Shown here: positions 11,078 to 21,054 of the stretch, in pieces | How positions within the stretch are numbered: the stretch's first letter is position 1 | Layout: each line of letters opens with the position of its first letter | Assembly: GCA_963803975.1 (NCBI GenBank) | Contig: CAWDOY010000005.1 | Location: 42,500 to 106,499, forward strand | Source of the DNA: an uncultured delta proteobacterium | Lineage (GTDB): Bacteria > Desulfobacterota > WTBG01 > CAIYCZ01 | Reading direction: 5' to 3' | DNA length: 64,000 bases | Notes under the pieces: generated by a model | Told to the model about the DNA's origin: nothing | Database searches by the model: none | Seen by the model: the letters and a program-made list of their open reading frames with translations, nothing else | Program-made: the position numbers and the translations under genes

Positions 11078-12754
11078 TCAATCTTCAAAGGTAATGCGAT
11101 CCACCTCTTCCAGGGTGGTAAGACCCCTGAGAACCTTTGACAGCCCGTCTTCCCGCAATGATTTCATCTTCTGGGAACGCCGGGCAGCGTCACGGATAGC
11201 AGTTGTTGACGCATTTTCAAGAATCAGTTTCCGTATCTCTTCATTAATGGCTATCAGTTCGTAAATCCCGCTGCGCCCCCGGTAGCCGGTGTTGCGACAC
11301 GCTTTGCAGCCTTTCCCTCGGTAGAATTCCCGCGCCGTGTCTTCCTTCAGATTAAATCCCTGCAGTAACTTCGGCGATGGCGTATAGGGCGCCCTGCAAT
11401 TTGGACAAATGGCCCTTACCAGGCGCTGCGCCAGAACCGCAATCGTAGATGAAGCAACGAGAAACGGCTCGATTCCCAGGTGCAGCAGCCGGGCAAGCGC
11501 TCCTGCCGCGTCATTGGTATGCAGGGTACTGAACACCAGGTGCCCGGTCAGCGCTGCCTCAAAGGCCATTTCCGCTGTCTCCACATCACGCATTTCGCCC
11601 ACCATGATAACATCGGGGTCCTGGCGCAATATGGAGCGCATGCCGCTGGCAAATGTTATTCCTGCTTTCGGATTGACCTGCGTCTGCCTGATATGCGGGA
11701 GCCGGTACTCAACCGGGTCTTCGATGGTGATAAAATTTTTATCGATACTGTTTATGGAATTAAGCGCGGCATAGAGTGTCGTGGTCTTGCCGCTCCCCGT
11801 CGGGCCGGTCACCAGTATTATGCCGTAGGGGCTGGCCAGGAGTTTCTGATACCGCTCAAGGATGTCGGGCGAAAATCCCAGGTCCTCAAGACTCAGGACA
11901 CTCTTTGACTGGTCCAAAATGCGCAGCACAATATTTTCCCCGTAAATGGTGGGAAAGCTTGAAACGCGAAACTCAATGGCCCGGCCATCAGCGTTTATCT
12001 GAAACCCGCCGTCCTGCGGTGCCCGCGTTTCCGCAATATCCATGTTTGCCATTATCTTGACGCGGGAAATCAGTGCCGCCTGCAGGTGCTTGGGAGGTGA
12101 GACGGTCTCATGCAGTATGCCGTCGATGCGGTAGCGGACCCCCAGTTTGTGCTCGTCAGGCTCAAAGTGAATATCACTGGCATTGTCACGCACTGCCTGA
12201 AAAATGATGAGGTTGGCAAGGCGGATAATGGGCGCCTCTAAACCCGCCTCCATCCCGGCCCCTTCCACGGTTACCTTCAGGTCACCTTCAAGGGCCTCTT
12301 TGACAATATCTTCAATAGATGATGAAAGGCCGAAATAGCTGTCAATGGCCCGTCTGATCTGCTCCTCGGAAGACACTGCCATATCCACCTCACAGCCGGC
12401 GGTCCTGCGTGCCTCATCTATTGCTTTGACATTGAGGGGATCAGCCATGGCAATGGTAAGGGTCGAGCCGATTTTAAACAGCGGGATGATGAGGCTGGAG
12501 CGGGCCAGGCTTTCGGGAATCAGGCTTATCACTTTCGGGTCAATGATGTAATTATCCAGGTTGACATAGGGAATCCCTGCCTGATCACCAAGGGTGGCTA
12601 TAATCCCTTCCTCCGTGACCAGCCCCATGCGTATCAGTAACTGACCAAGACGCAGGCCGGACTGTTTCTGCTGCACGATTGCCTTGTTGAGCTGCTCAGC
12701 AGTAATCAGCCCCTCATCAATGAGCATTTCCCCGAGTAGTTTTCTTTTTTCCAC
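11078..12754 (-). CDS. mshE: GspE/PilB/MshE-family assembly ATPase with N-terminal MshEN domain
   Basis: Walker A GPTGSGKTT, TIEDPVE, LRQDPDVIMVGEMRD, zinc-site CPNC/CKAC; N-terminal (L/R)LGxxL...G...Q tandem motifs. Confidence 0.9.
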   Translation of the reverse strand: MEKRKLLGEMLIDEGLITAEQLNKAIVQQKQSGLRLGQLLIRMGLVTEEGIIATLGDQAGIPYVNLDNYIIDPKVISLIPESLARSSLIIPLFKIGSTLTIAMADPLNVKAIDEARRTAGCEVDMAVSSEEQIRRAIDSYFGLSSSIEDIVKEALEGDLKVTVEGAGMEAGLEAPIIRLANLIIFQAVRDNASDIHFEPDEHKLGVRYRIDGILHETVSPPKHLQAALISRVKIMANMDIAETRAPQDGGFQINADGRAIEFRVSSFPTIYGENIVLRILDQSKSVLSLEDLGFSPDILERYQKLLASPYGIILVTGPTGSGKTTTLYAALNSINSIDKNFITIEDPVEYRLPHIRQTQVNPKAGITFASGMRSILRQDPDVIMVGEMRDVETAEMAFEAALTGHLVFSTLHTNDAAGALARLLHLGIEPFLVASSTIAVLAQRLVRAICPNCRAPYTPSPKLLQGFNLKEDTAREFYRGKGCKACRNTGYRGRSGIYELIAINEEIRKLILENASTTAIRDAARRSQKMKSLREDGLSKVLRGLTTLEEVDRITFED

Positions 12755-12770
12755 AAACAGATCCTTTGTA

Positions 12771-13925
12771 TTACTGTTTCTTTACCGTAGAAGCCTGCAG
12801 ATACATTCTCACGCTATCTGCGACACCTTGTAAATGCGGCGGAGCGGTTTTTAAAAACTGCTCGAAACAGATGCGGGATTTCTCCTGCTGCCCCATGTCC
12901 TTCAGCAGCAAGCCATAGTTATACAGGGTCTCAGGATGTGCCGGGTTAAGCGTAAGTGCTTTTTGAAATACCTCCGCTGCCTGGGTAAAGTCCCTCCTGC
13001 TGCGCAGAGCAATGCCCATATTAACACACGTCTCAATATTGCCCGGATTGACCTTCACGGCACGCTCATAATAGTTGAGCGCTTCCGCTGTCCGTCCCTG
13101 GGCATACAGGCTCAGCCCCATGTTATTAAGCGCCTTCTCATGGTCAGGTGCGAGCTTCAGCGCCTTTTCAAAATAGTCCCGGGCCTGCGCGGCAGCTCCC
13201 TGTTCAAGGAGCAGAACCCCCTGATTATTTAATGAATCGGCGTTTTCTGCGTCACTCTGAAGCAGATTTGCAGCGCGTGCAGTAACGTCAGGCCGCGGCG
13301 TTTTTGCTGCGCTCCTTTGCTTCTGAGCGGCACCTGCTGTTGGCACTGCCGGTACCGTCCGGGCGGCTGGCTGCTGCATCGCCGGAGCATCTTGAGGCAG
13401 GGGCTTTGCAGGCGCAGGGGGTATGCGTTTGCTTGTCAGTCTGTCGGCATCTTCCTGCACAGCGGGAGAAGCCGGGGGTAGCAATACCTCGGGCTGCACA
13501 CCAGCGGCCATTGGCTGCTGTTGGTTTATGCTCCTGGCGCCGCCACTATTTTCGTCTTTTTGCGCTTGCTGAGCAACACCCGTCTCTACCGCCGGAACGC
13601 TGCCAATGGCAGGAGCGACCGTGACCGGCACGGCTTTAAGCTTTGGTGCCGGGGCTGCCGGTGAAGGTGCTTTCAGCGCCCCCTGCTGCATATACCATCC
13701 TGCTGCTGCTCCGAGTCCGAGCACAACCACCATGCCTGCTATAAGGCGCCTTTTCCCCGGGCGTGGCTCCTCGTGTTCTTCATTAAAAAATTCTGCGGGA
13801 GCATCATCCGCTTTTTCATAGACCTCTTCTGCGGCAACGGGCTGCGGCATTCCGGGGTGAGCGCCATAGCTGACGGTCTGCTTATCTTTTTCTAACTGCC
13901 TGAGAGCCTTTTCAATGAGGCTCAT
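12771..13925 (-). CDS. MshN-like TPR protein (TM segment, Pro/Ala linker, TPRs)
   Basis: MSLIEKALRQLEK start, one TM segment, repeated TPR units (ALNNMGLSL, ETLYNYGLLL); lies between the MshM-like and MshE-like genes. Confidence 0.75.
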   Translation of the reverse strand: MSLIEKALRQLEKDKQTVSYGAHPGMPQPVAAEEVYEKADDAPAEFFNEEHEEPRPGKRRLIAGMVVVLGLGAAAGWYMQQGALKAPSPAAPAPKLKAVPVTVAPAIGSVPAVETGVAQQAQKDENSGGARSINQQQPMAAGVQPEVLLPPASPAVQEDADRLTSKRIPPAPAKPLPQDAPAMQQPAARTVPAVPTAGAAQKQRSAAKTPRPDVTARAANLLQSDAENADSLNNQGVLLLEQGAAAQARDYFEKALKLAPDHEKALNNMGLSLYAQGRTAEALNYYERAVKVNPGNIETCVNMGIALRSRRDFTQAAEVFQKALTLNPAHPETLYNYGLLLKDMGQQEKSRICFEQFLKTAPPHLQGVADSVRMYLQASTVKKQ

Positions 13926-13949
13926 AAGTAGCTCCTCGCTCGATTTTCT

Positions 13950-15689
13950 TCACATTTCAAGATGCGGCACTTGATCACCATAAACCATGCGGTAGAATAC
14001 CATTCTGGTATTGCAGCCAATAATACCGTCTACCTTGAGGCCGTATTGTGTCTGAAGTGCTTTGACCGCTTTTTCCATCTGGCTGTCAAAAACATCAGTA
14101 AAAGGCTCATGCAGGGAAAAGTTGTTTGCGTTCAATGTTTCTTTCAGCAGGATAACCTGCTGGTGCACATCCCCGCGCTGCAGCCGCGACGGCAGGCTCA
14201 TAAACTCTTGCCATACATAAAAAGCTTTTCCTGTCCATTGTTCATGAAGCTTCTCAAGCGCAAGAGATACTCTGCCGTGCCGGGGATCAAGCAGGATGGC
14301 CTGATCATTTTTAATGCCGGCAAGAACCACATAGCGATACGCGGGATCACTCACCGGAATAATACAGGGGTAATCAAGCCGCTTGACCTGATCAAGCGTT
14401 ATATCAAGAGAAGTTACCGCGAGGCCGAAGACCTGCGCCACATCACTAAAGCTGAATGACGCAGATGTGCTGCGTTTTTGCAGCTCCTGCATCAGCTTTT
14501 CCTGCGGAACATCCCAGAGCCCGAGCAGGGTAGCAAGTGCTTCCGGAGCACATTCACTGACCCGGTCCTGGCGCAGGACCCCATCACTGTCAAACGCGCC
14601 GCTGCGGGGAGCACTCACCTGCTTGACAGTCGTTTCCGGCACCGGGACTGCTGCGGGCGCCGGTTTTGGGGCAGCTGCCGGAGGGGCAGCGGCGAGCAGT
14701 GCATCAGGCAGCTTTGCCCGTGCATAATGAAACCCGGCGCGGGCATCCCAGGTGAATTGCCCTATCCATCTCTGCGGAAGATCCAGTTTTAAAGGTGCCA
14801 GCATTCCCAGAAAAAGTGCGCTGATGATAATCCCAAGGATAAGCGTATAGACCGCATTGACTCTCATTGACACGGCAGGCACTCGTTCTACAGAAGAATT
14901 TTTTATAGCCTCCTGCACCATCCTGCCGGTAATTTTTTTTTTCTGCGCAACATACCCGGCCAGCAGCGCCTTATCGCAGATGAGGTTAATGGTGCGCGGG
15001 AGCCCGCCGGAAGAATGGGAGATCTTATCCAGGGACCGGCGGGTAAAGGTTATGCTGCCGTTGGCCCCGGCTTTCACCAGACGGTGGTAGATGTAATGAC
15101 TGACATCTTTTCTGGTGAGGGGCTTCAAATAAGCCCATATCGCAATGCGCTGGTACAGCTGCCGCAGGGTTGTTTTTGAGAGTTTTTTAAGCAGCTCCGG
15201 CTGGCCGGAGAGAATAATCTGCAGCAGCTTTTCTTTTTCGGTTTCCAGGTTTGAGAGCAGCCGTATTTCTTCCAGAACCTCAGAAGAAAGGTTCTGGGCT
15301 TCATCGATGATAATAACGACCCCCCGGCCGCGGGCAGAGCTCTGCAGCAGACAGGTATTGAGGCTGTCAAGCAGTTCTTTTTTTGATACACCGGATGCCT
15401 GCTGACCCAGATCCTGCAGTATGGTCTTGAGCAGTGCGGTGGCGGTGTCCGGCGGGTTAAAAATAAGGGCTGTTTCCATCTGCCCTTCGAGCGCGTGGAG
15501 AAGAGACCGGCACAGCGTTGTTTTACCCGTTCCCACATCCCCCACCAGTGCCATAAAGCCCTGTTTTGCATGGACCCCGTAGAGAAGCTGATTATAGGCA
15601 TCGAGATATTGTCTGCTTTTGAACAGAAAGGTGGTATCCGGGACGTTGGAAAAGGGCCGTTCACTGAGGCCATAAAATTGCATGTACAT
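13950..15689 (-). CDS. ExeA/GspA-type (MshM-like) AAA ATPase with TM segment, C39-like and peptidoglycan-binding domains
   Basis: MYxQFYGLxERPF start, GDVGTGKTT, IIDEAQNL, SGQPEL; C-terminal AVKALQTQYGLKVDGIIG PG-binding motif. Confidence 0.88.
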   Translation of the reverse strand: MYMQFYGLSERPFSNVPDTTFLFKSRQYLDAYNQLLYGVHAKQGFMALVGDVGTGKTTLCRSLLHALEGQMETALIFNPPDTATALLKTILQDLGQQASGVSKKELLDSLNTCLLQSSARGRGVVIIIDEAQNLSSEVLEEIRLLSNLETEKEKLLQIILSGQPELLKKLSKTTLRQLYQRIAIWAYLKPLTRKDVSHYIYHRLVKAGANGSITFTRRSLDKISHSSGGLPRTINLICDKALLAGYVAQKKKITGRMVQEAIKNSSVERVPAVSMRVNAVYTLILGIIISALFLGMLAPLKLDLPQRWIGQFTWDARAGFHYARAKLPDALLAAAPPAAAPKPAPAAVPVPETTVKQVSAPRSGAFDSDGVLRQDRVSECAPEALATLLGLWDVPQEKLMQELQKRSTSASFSFSDVAQVFGLAVTSLDITLDQVKRLDYPCIIPVSDPAYRYVVLAGIKNDQAILLDPRHGRVSLALEKLHEQWTGKAFYVWQEFMSLPSRLQRGDVHQQVILLKETLNANNFSLHEPFTDVFDSQMEKAVKALQTQYGLKVDGIIGCNTRMVFYRMVYGDQVPHLEM

Positions 15690-15706
15690 GAACAGACACC
15701 CTTAAA

Positions 15707-15738
15707 GAGTTTGAGAGTTGCGGAGTTAAGGAGTTAAA
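15707..15738. repeat. Tandem 8-bp repeat (GAGTTnnn)x4
   Basis: GAGTTTGA GAGTTGCG GAGTTAAG GAGTTAAA; the same motif occurs at 32319-32404 and 39722-39773. Confidence 0.7.
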
Positions 15739-15796
15739 AAAGTTACTGGTTTAGTGCTGCACATTATTTTGCCTTAACGGCTCAACGAATACATGG

Positions 15797-17470
15797 CTAT
15801 TGAGAAGTTGATTGTTTCAATTTTTCAAGCCGCTGCTGCTCCGGAGCTGCTATCTCGCGCATATTCTCGCTGGTAACAACCTTGGGGGTGAGCATGATCA
15901 CCAGCTCTGTCTTCCGCACCTCGCGGGAGGTATGCTTGAACAGATACCCGAGCCAGGGGATTTCACTAACCAGCGGCACTGCGATTACATCTTCCGTCAC
16001 TTTGTTCTGCATCAGGCCGGCAAAAAGAATGGTCTGCCGGTCATTGACACGCACCACCGTGTCTGTCTCACGCACATCAACAATCGGCACCTTGTCACCC
16101 TGCACTGATGTTGCCTCTCCCACCTTATCAGTAACACTGGGATGAATAGTGAGAGTAATAGTGCCGTCCGAGCCTATCTGGGGTGTTACCGCCAGAACCA
16201 CTCCGATACTTATAAAATTTACCTCCGTGGTGGTGTTTGATTCACCATACACTGTCTGGCGCGTGGTCTGGAAATAGGGGTCTTCACGGGCAACCTTGAT
16301 GATTGCCGGCTGATTGTTGAGGGTTGAAATTTTCGGGCTGGAGATAATGTTCACATCGCCCTGGGTGGAAAGAGCTTCAATAATATCATTCAGCGCCACA
16401 ATCTGGTCAGCCCCGCCGATGCGGAAAACCCCGCCGAACGGCTTTACCATCCAAGCGCCGGGAATCGACTGAGTTTGGCTGCCGGTTCCGGAGCCCCCGC
16501 CCTGATTGGTGTTGCTTGAGCCGGTGTATCCCAGCCAGGGGCTCGCGCCATTGGTTGCAAGGCCCCAGGACAGATTACTCATCTGGGGCAAACTCTGGAT
16601 ATAGCCCCAGTCAATACCTGCCTGAAAGCTGTCTTGCAGATACACTTCAATAATTTGCGCCTCAATCAGTACCTGCCGCTGTACAGATCCGGTCACCATT
16701 TCCAGGTACTGCGCGATTCTTCTTAGTTGTGCCGGGTAGTCTTTTACCAGCACGGTGTTGGATGTCTTATGAACTATAATTGTTCCATCCGGTGATTTGA
16801 GGCTCTGCAGCCCCTTGTCTATTTCCTTCCACAGATCAGATTCATCCGCGGTGCTCACTTCGCTGTAACCGGTACTTGCCTGATCGCTGCCGGCCCCGGC
16901 TGAACCCTGTCCCTGTGTTCCTGTTGAAGTTCTCCCGCCAATGCCGCCGGAAGCGAGCCCTTTTCCTTTTCTCACGGTGGTAATATAGTCAAGGTAAAAA
17001 ATGCGCGTATCCAGGGACGGTTTGAACACCTTGATTAAGTTGCCCTCACGCCGGTATTCAAGATTTAATTGACCGCAGACCACATCAAGCACCTGCTCCA
17101 GGGTAACGCCCTTCAGGTCAATGGTAACCCTGCCGGATATTTTCGGGTCCACGACAATATTGGCATTAATCTCCCGGGAAAAAGCCAGCAGCAGGTCCTG
17201 AATATCTGCGTCCCGCATCTGCAGGGTATAGGTTTTCTGCGAAGAAACCAGGGTCGCCCCTTTCTGCGGCATCACTATTTCTTTGAGATCAGGCTTTAAC
17301 GTCTCTGCTTGTGGCCCCGGCGTCGAAGGTTTCTCCGCTTTTTTCGGGGGAGTTACACAGCTGCAGAGAAAAAGCATGAGCACTGAGAAAATAATTATCC
17401 CGGTATGCTGATGACCTATATGCAAAAATGTTTTTGCAGGTATTAGCGGGGTGCTTTGTGGGTTCCCCAT
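15797..17470 (-). CDS. mshL: MshL-like secretin (lipoprotein, STN domain)
   Basis: Lipobox-like LCSC; RQVLIEAQIIEV, GIDW, SSPKISTLNNQPA, and secretin signature VPLVSEIPWLGYLFK...KTELVIMLTP. Confidence 0.9.
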   Translation of the reverse strand: MGNPQSTPLIPAKTFLHIGHQHTGIIIFSVLMLFLCSCVTPPKKAEKPSTPGPQAETLKPDLKEIVMPQKGATLVSSQKTYTLQMRDADIQDLLLAFSREINANIVVDPKISGRVTIDLKGVTLEQVLDVVCGQLNLEYRREGNLIKVFKPSLDTRIFYLDYITTVRKGKGLASGGIGGRTSTGTQGQGSAGAGSDQASTGYSEVSTADESDLWKEIDKGLQSLKSPDGTIIVHKTSNTVLVKDYPAQLRRIAQYLEMVTGSVQRQVLIEAQIIEVYLQDSFQAGIDWGYIQSLPQMSNLSWGLATNGASPWLGYTGSSNTNQGGGSGTGSQTQSIPGAWMVKPFGGVFRIGGADQIVALNDIIEALSTQGDVNIISSPKISTLNNQPAIIKVAREDPYFQTTRQTVYGESNTTTEVNFISIGVVLAVTPQIGSDGTITLTIHPSVTDKVGEATSVQGDKVPIVDVRETDTVVRVNDRQTILFAGLMQNKVTEDVIAVPLVSEIPWLGYLFKHTSREVRKTELVIMLTPKVVTSENMREIAAPEQQRLEKLKQSTSQ

Positions 17471-17501
17471 TTTTTATTCTCCTCTACAATAATTTCTTTA
17501 T

Positions 17502-17999
17502 TTAAAATTGAACAACGCTCTTCGGCAATACCAGCAGGCGGCGCGTCCCATTCTTTTCCAGGACCACCGCATCGCGTTTAATGCTGACTATTTTCTCGTC
17601 CCTGACCATGTCGCCTTCCCGGTAGATCTTATGGTTAATGGCGACTATTTTTTTTGTTTCGCTCATCAAAATCAGGGTCACCGTGAGTTCCTCCCCGCTC
17701 ATATCGGAAGAAACCGCTCTTGCGGCCTGACTTTCCTGCTGCAGCCACGAAGAGGCAAACGGGTCCCTGCCCCATCCGCTGACCGTTACTTTCTCTTCGG
17801 GCTGAAAACCCGGAGGGCGGGCATTCACCCCTTTCTTTTCATGAATGCCCGGCAGTGCCTGCAGAGCGCCGATCTGCGGGGGAGCTGAAAAACCGGCCTT
17901 GCTTCTCAGGGGAATGGTGAAAATGCTGATGCTCACCAGTATCACAAACAGCGCGGTGAAGATTCCAAGAATTATTGAATTTTCCTGTTTCAGCGTCAT
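17502..17999 (-). CDS. MshK/PilP-like periplasmic component
   Basis: N-terminal TM, RDPF motif, AINHKIYREGD...IVSIKRDAVVL beta domain; directly upstream of the secretin. Confidence 0.7.
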   Translation of the reverse strand: MTLKQENSIILGIFTALFVILVSISIFTIPLRSKAGFSAPPQIGALQALPGIHEKKGVNARPPGFQPEEKVTVSGWGRDPFASSWLQQESQAARAVSSDMSGEELTVTLILMSETKKIVAINHKIYREGDMVRDEKIVSIKRDAVVLEKNGTRRLLVLPKSVVQF

Positions 18000-18030
18000 G
18001 GTACTGTTTCCATGAAAACCTTGTTTTATT

Positions 18031-18582
18031 TCAAGAAATAAGTGTTTTTAATACCAGGTGGCAGGTAACCACCGGCATTTTTTCATCTCTTCGTATCTCA
18101 AGCTGATGGACGATCGTGAAAATAGGAAGTTTTTCCAATGCTCGTATAAAGAGCACCAGGGTCCGGAAATCGCTGCGCAATTGCATATCAATAACAACCT
18201 GCCGGTATTGCGTATGGCCGGCTGCTGCCGGCAGTGTTTGTTCTTCCTGCGGCTTAAGGGAAATAACTTCCATATTGAACTTTTGACACTGCAGCGCGAG
18301 CTGTTCCAGAAACTGGACAAAGCTTTCTCTGGTTGAAAATTTCTCTTCATAGAAGGAAAGCTTTTTCTCCAGCCTGCTGACGTCGGAAGCGACCTGCGTG
18401 CCGCCCGTTAAAAACGCTGCGGTCTCCTGCAGTTTCTGGTCAAGAGACGCAAGCTCTGTTGTTACGGTGGCATGCTCGCTGAGTTTCGGGCTGTAGAGAA
18501 AAAAGTCGAACAAAAAGTAGAGCACCACCAGCAAAGAAGTGAACGAGATGATTGTTTCGCGCGGCGAAAGTTTAATTTTCAT
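18031..18582 (-). CDS. pilO: PilO/MshJ-like alignment protein
   Basis: LSPRE plus TM, coiled coil, ferredoxin-like C-terminus (FIRALEKLP). Confidence 0.75.
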   Translation of the reverse strand: MKIKLSPRETIISFTSLLVVLYFLFDFFLYSPKLSEHATVTTELASLDQKLQETAAFLTGGTQVASDVSRLEKKLSFYEEKFSTRESFVQFLEQLALQCQKFNMEVISLKPQEEQTLPAAAGHTQYRQVVIDMQLRSDFRTLVLFIRALEKLPIFTIVHQLEIRRDEKMPVVTCHLVLKTLIS

Positions 18583-18586
18583 TATT

Positions 18587-18741
18587 GATGCTCTTGTAAA
18601 AAGTAGAAAAACCTCCCTCTCCCTTTACGGGAGAGGGTTGGGGTGAGGGGGACAAACAAGTAATTACAGTATATTATTGCTCCCCCTCCCCTTAATCCCC
18701 TCCCACCAGGGGAGGGGAAATTGCCTTTTTACGGCTTCGTC
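18587..18741. mobile_element. 155-bp MITE-like insertion with a 6-bp target-site duplication and internal REP-like hairpins
   Basis: ATTATT duplicated at 18581-18586 and 18742-18747; imperfect inverted ends GATG..GTAAAAAG / CTTTTTAC..CGTC; internal hairpins CCCTCTCCC-TTTAC-GGGAGAGGG and CCCCTCCC-ACCAG-GGGAGGGG. Confidence 0.75.
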
Positions 18742-18759
18742 ATTATTGAACCCGCCGGT

Positions 18760-20484
18760 TTAAAATGTGCCAGCGTCCAGCGGACATGAAAACACAAACC
18801 GTGAAGCTGGTTTCCCCAAATCAGTAACCTTTTCCGTTGAGACGAGCATTACCTTCTTAAAGTAGGCGCTGTTTTCCAACCCGCTGGTTATCTGCACCAC
18901 GGTTGTCAGCACCTGGGAATCATCGCCAAACACAACGCCCTCCAGCCTGAGCTTCATGACTAATTCCTTATCAGCTGGAGCTGGTGCTGCGGCGGAAACT
19001 GATGGGGAGCCTGTTTCCAGCGCAATGCTTTGCAGCACCGTGTTCTCCGGCAGGATGCGCGTGAGAGAACTGAGGATTTCCGAGAACTGGGGCTGCTCAA
19101 AAGAAAAGTCAGGAACCTGGGAGAGCCGCTGTTTTAAATTTTCTTTTTTTTCATTAAGACGAAGCATCTCTTCCATATAGGACTTAAGCGAGGAGAACTG
19201 GGATTTTTTAGTGTTCAGCTCTTCCCGTGAAACCGCAACCGAGCGGTATGAATAGAGATACATTGTCGCGAGGGAGGAGAAGAATATAATTAAAAGCAGC
19301 AGCGGAAGCCAGTTGCGGAGCTGGGCCGTTTCCAGCATACCGGGGCGCGGCGGAAGAAAATTTATATCCCTGCAGCGGCCCGCCGACAAACCCAGCGCCA
19401 CTGAGAGGCGGGGCTTGTGCTGCTGAAACGCAGTGTCGTTTTGCAGATGCCCGGGAACAGGCAGTGCTGCAAACGGGTCCATGACTGACACGTCGATGCC
19501 CAGTCCACTGGAGAGAAATGCTGCGAGATTTTTAAAACCGGCACCGCCGCCGCAGAGAAGAATCGTATCGACACGCTTCTCACGCCCCTGGGCTTTGTAA
19601 ACATCAAATGACCTGAGCGCTTCAGTGCTGAGGCGCTCAAGCACCGGACGGATTATAAACATAATTCTGGAGAGCGGAAGACCTGCAGGGGTTACCTCCT
19701 GGCCGCCGCCCATGGGGATGCCGTACTTTTTTTTGATTGCTTCAGCCTCTTCAACGCTTAAGGCAAACTGCTTTCCTTCAACAGCAACCGGCTCCATAAG
19801 AGCCCGGGTAAAATCATTGCCGCCGGTTGCGATCTCCCGGGCAAATTGCAGCTCTCCTGCCTTGAGAATGGCAATGGTTGTCCCTTCGGCACCGATATCA
19901 AGCACGGCAACGGTCTTGCCACGATACCTGTCCCCGGTGAGCTGAAAGGCGTATTGCAGCGAGAAGGGGACCGCATCGATACCCGCTGCTGAATAGCCTG
20001 CCTGCTCCAGTAAAGAAAGCTCCTGGTCCATGAATTTATTCAGCACTGCTGCGGTTATAAGATCAAGGTCAGGGGTTTCTGCAGAGATACCGGCAATTTT
20101 TTTATAGACGACCCGGGCCTCGTCCAAGGGGAAGGGGAAATATTTTTTACCCTGCCAGCGAATTGCCGCCAGCATCTCCTGGTCAGGCATGGGTGGCAGT
20201 TTTATGCGCTGCAGGTTGACCGAGGGACCGGAAAAGGAAAGATAAATATCTGCGGAGGAGCTGCTGCAGCGGGCCAGCAGTTGTTTAATTAACGGAGCAA
20301 TGGAGGCTGCATCCCGTGAGGCTTTGCCTTGCAGTGCGGAGGGTATCTCAACAATACCATACTGTAACAGCTGCACTTTCCCGCCGGACACACGGGTCTC
20401 AACCATCTTTAGGGTATGGCTCCCGAGCTCGATCCCTATCGAGTGTGCAGCTTTTTTTGAAAATGAAAACAGTTTAGCAGCCAT
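18760..20484 (-). CDS. pilM: PilM-PilN fusion (MshI-like)
   Basis: Actin-like motifs IGIELGS, VLDIGA, LCGGGA, then the PilN motif INFLP, a TM segment and a periplasmic domain, all in one 574-aa frame. Confidence 0.85.
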   Translation of the reverse strand: MAAKLFSFSKKAAHSIGIELGSHTLKMVETRVSGGKVQLLQYGIVEIPSALQGKASRDAASIAPLIKQLLARCSSSSADIYLSFSGPSVNLQRIKLPPMPDQEMLAAIRWQGKKYFPFPLDEARVVYKKIAGISAETPDLDLITAAVLNKFMDQELSLLEQAGYSAAGIDAVPFSLQYAFQLTGDRYRGKTVAVLDIGAEGTTIAILKAGELQFAREIATGGNDFTRALMEPVAVEGKQFALSVEEAEAIKKKYGIPMGGGQEVTPAGLPLSRIMFIIRPVLERLSTEALRSFDVYKAQGREKRVDTILLCGGGAGFKNLAAFLSSGLGIDVSVMDPFAALPVPGHLQNDTAFQQHKPRLSVALGLSAGRCRDINFLPPRPGMLETAQLRNWLPLLLLIIFFSSLATMYLYSYRSVAVSREELNTKKSQFSSLKSYMEEMLRLNEKKENLKQRLSQVPDFSFEQPQFSEILSSLTRILPENTVLQSIALETGSPSVSAAAPAPADKELVMKLRLEGVVFGDDSQVLTTVVQITSGLENSAYFKKVMLVSTEKVTDLGKPASRFVFSCPLDAGTF

Positions 20485-20566
20485 GCAATAAATCTCAGCC
20501 TATATGTATCTACTATTGCCTATTTGCCTTGCTTGCCTGTTCGCCGTAGCCTTGTGCGAAGGCGGG

Positions 20567-20755
20567 TTACCCATGACTTGTTACTGTGCGTATCAAAGTT
20601 TTCAGGCTATCGACCTTATAAAGGCGATAGCCATTGATGGGATGCCGCACTGCTTTGAGCTTCCCGAGTTTGTCCCAGCGCCTGAGTGTCGCCTCACATA
20701 CCCCGAGCATCTTTGCAGCTTCCCGTATGGTGATGTAATTGTTGAAATTTTCCAC
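20567..20755 (-). CDS. Small MerR-type/excisionase-like HTH protein
   Basis: YITIREAAKMLGVCEATLRRWDKLGKL...NGYRLY; 62 aa. Confidence 0.85.
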   Translation of the reverse strand: MENFNNYITIREAAKMLGVCEATLRRWDKLGKLKAVRHPINGYRLYKVDSLKTLIRTVTSHG

Positions 20756-20790
20756 AAAAACCCTTTATATGGTTATTAAACCTTATACAA

Positions 20791-20820
20791 GCCTATATAT
20801 AGGCCACTATATTTTGTCAA
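20791..20820 (-). promoter_or_regulatory. Putative sigma70 -35 box plus a 14-bp palindrome upstream of the HTH gene and pilM operon
   Basis: Minus-strand TTGACA (plus 20815-20820); perfect palindrome GCCTATATATAGGC at 20791-20804 covers the expected -10 position. Confidence 0.4.
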
Positions 20821-20927
20821 GAAAAAAAATACCTTTTTATGAAAATCTTTAAGGGAATATATAGATTATTACATAGATAAATCTGGGAATTTTGCTCTCA
20901 GACTATTACATAGACATGGGATTTTGT

Positions 20928-21002
20928 TGTAGGAGTGGCTTTAGCCGCGAAACCATCCCTTCGGCTGCGCTCAGGACAGGCGCGCATAAATGCGCTCCTA
21001 CA
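20928..21002. repeat. GTAG-type REP doublet (REPIN-like)
   Basis: TGTAGGAGTGGCTTTAGCCGCG ... CGCGCATAAATGCGCTCCTACA: inverted pair with GTAG feet, each an imperfect palindrome; intergenic. Confidence 0.7.
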
Positions 21003-21054
21003 GAAATTTCAAATATATTTGGTTTGATTTGCGGGAAAAATGTAATGGCAGGCT

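Noticed and set aside
14270..14580. Active C39 peptidase within the ExeA-like protein (Q...EC motif)
   Set aside because: The catalytic His position reads YRYVVL, and C39-like domains are already known in ExeA/GspA
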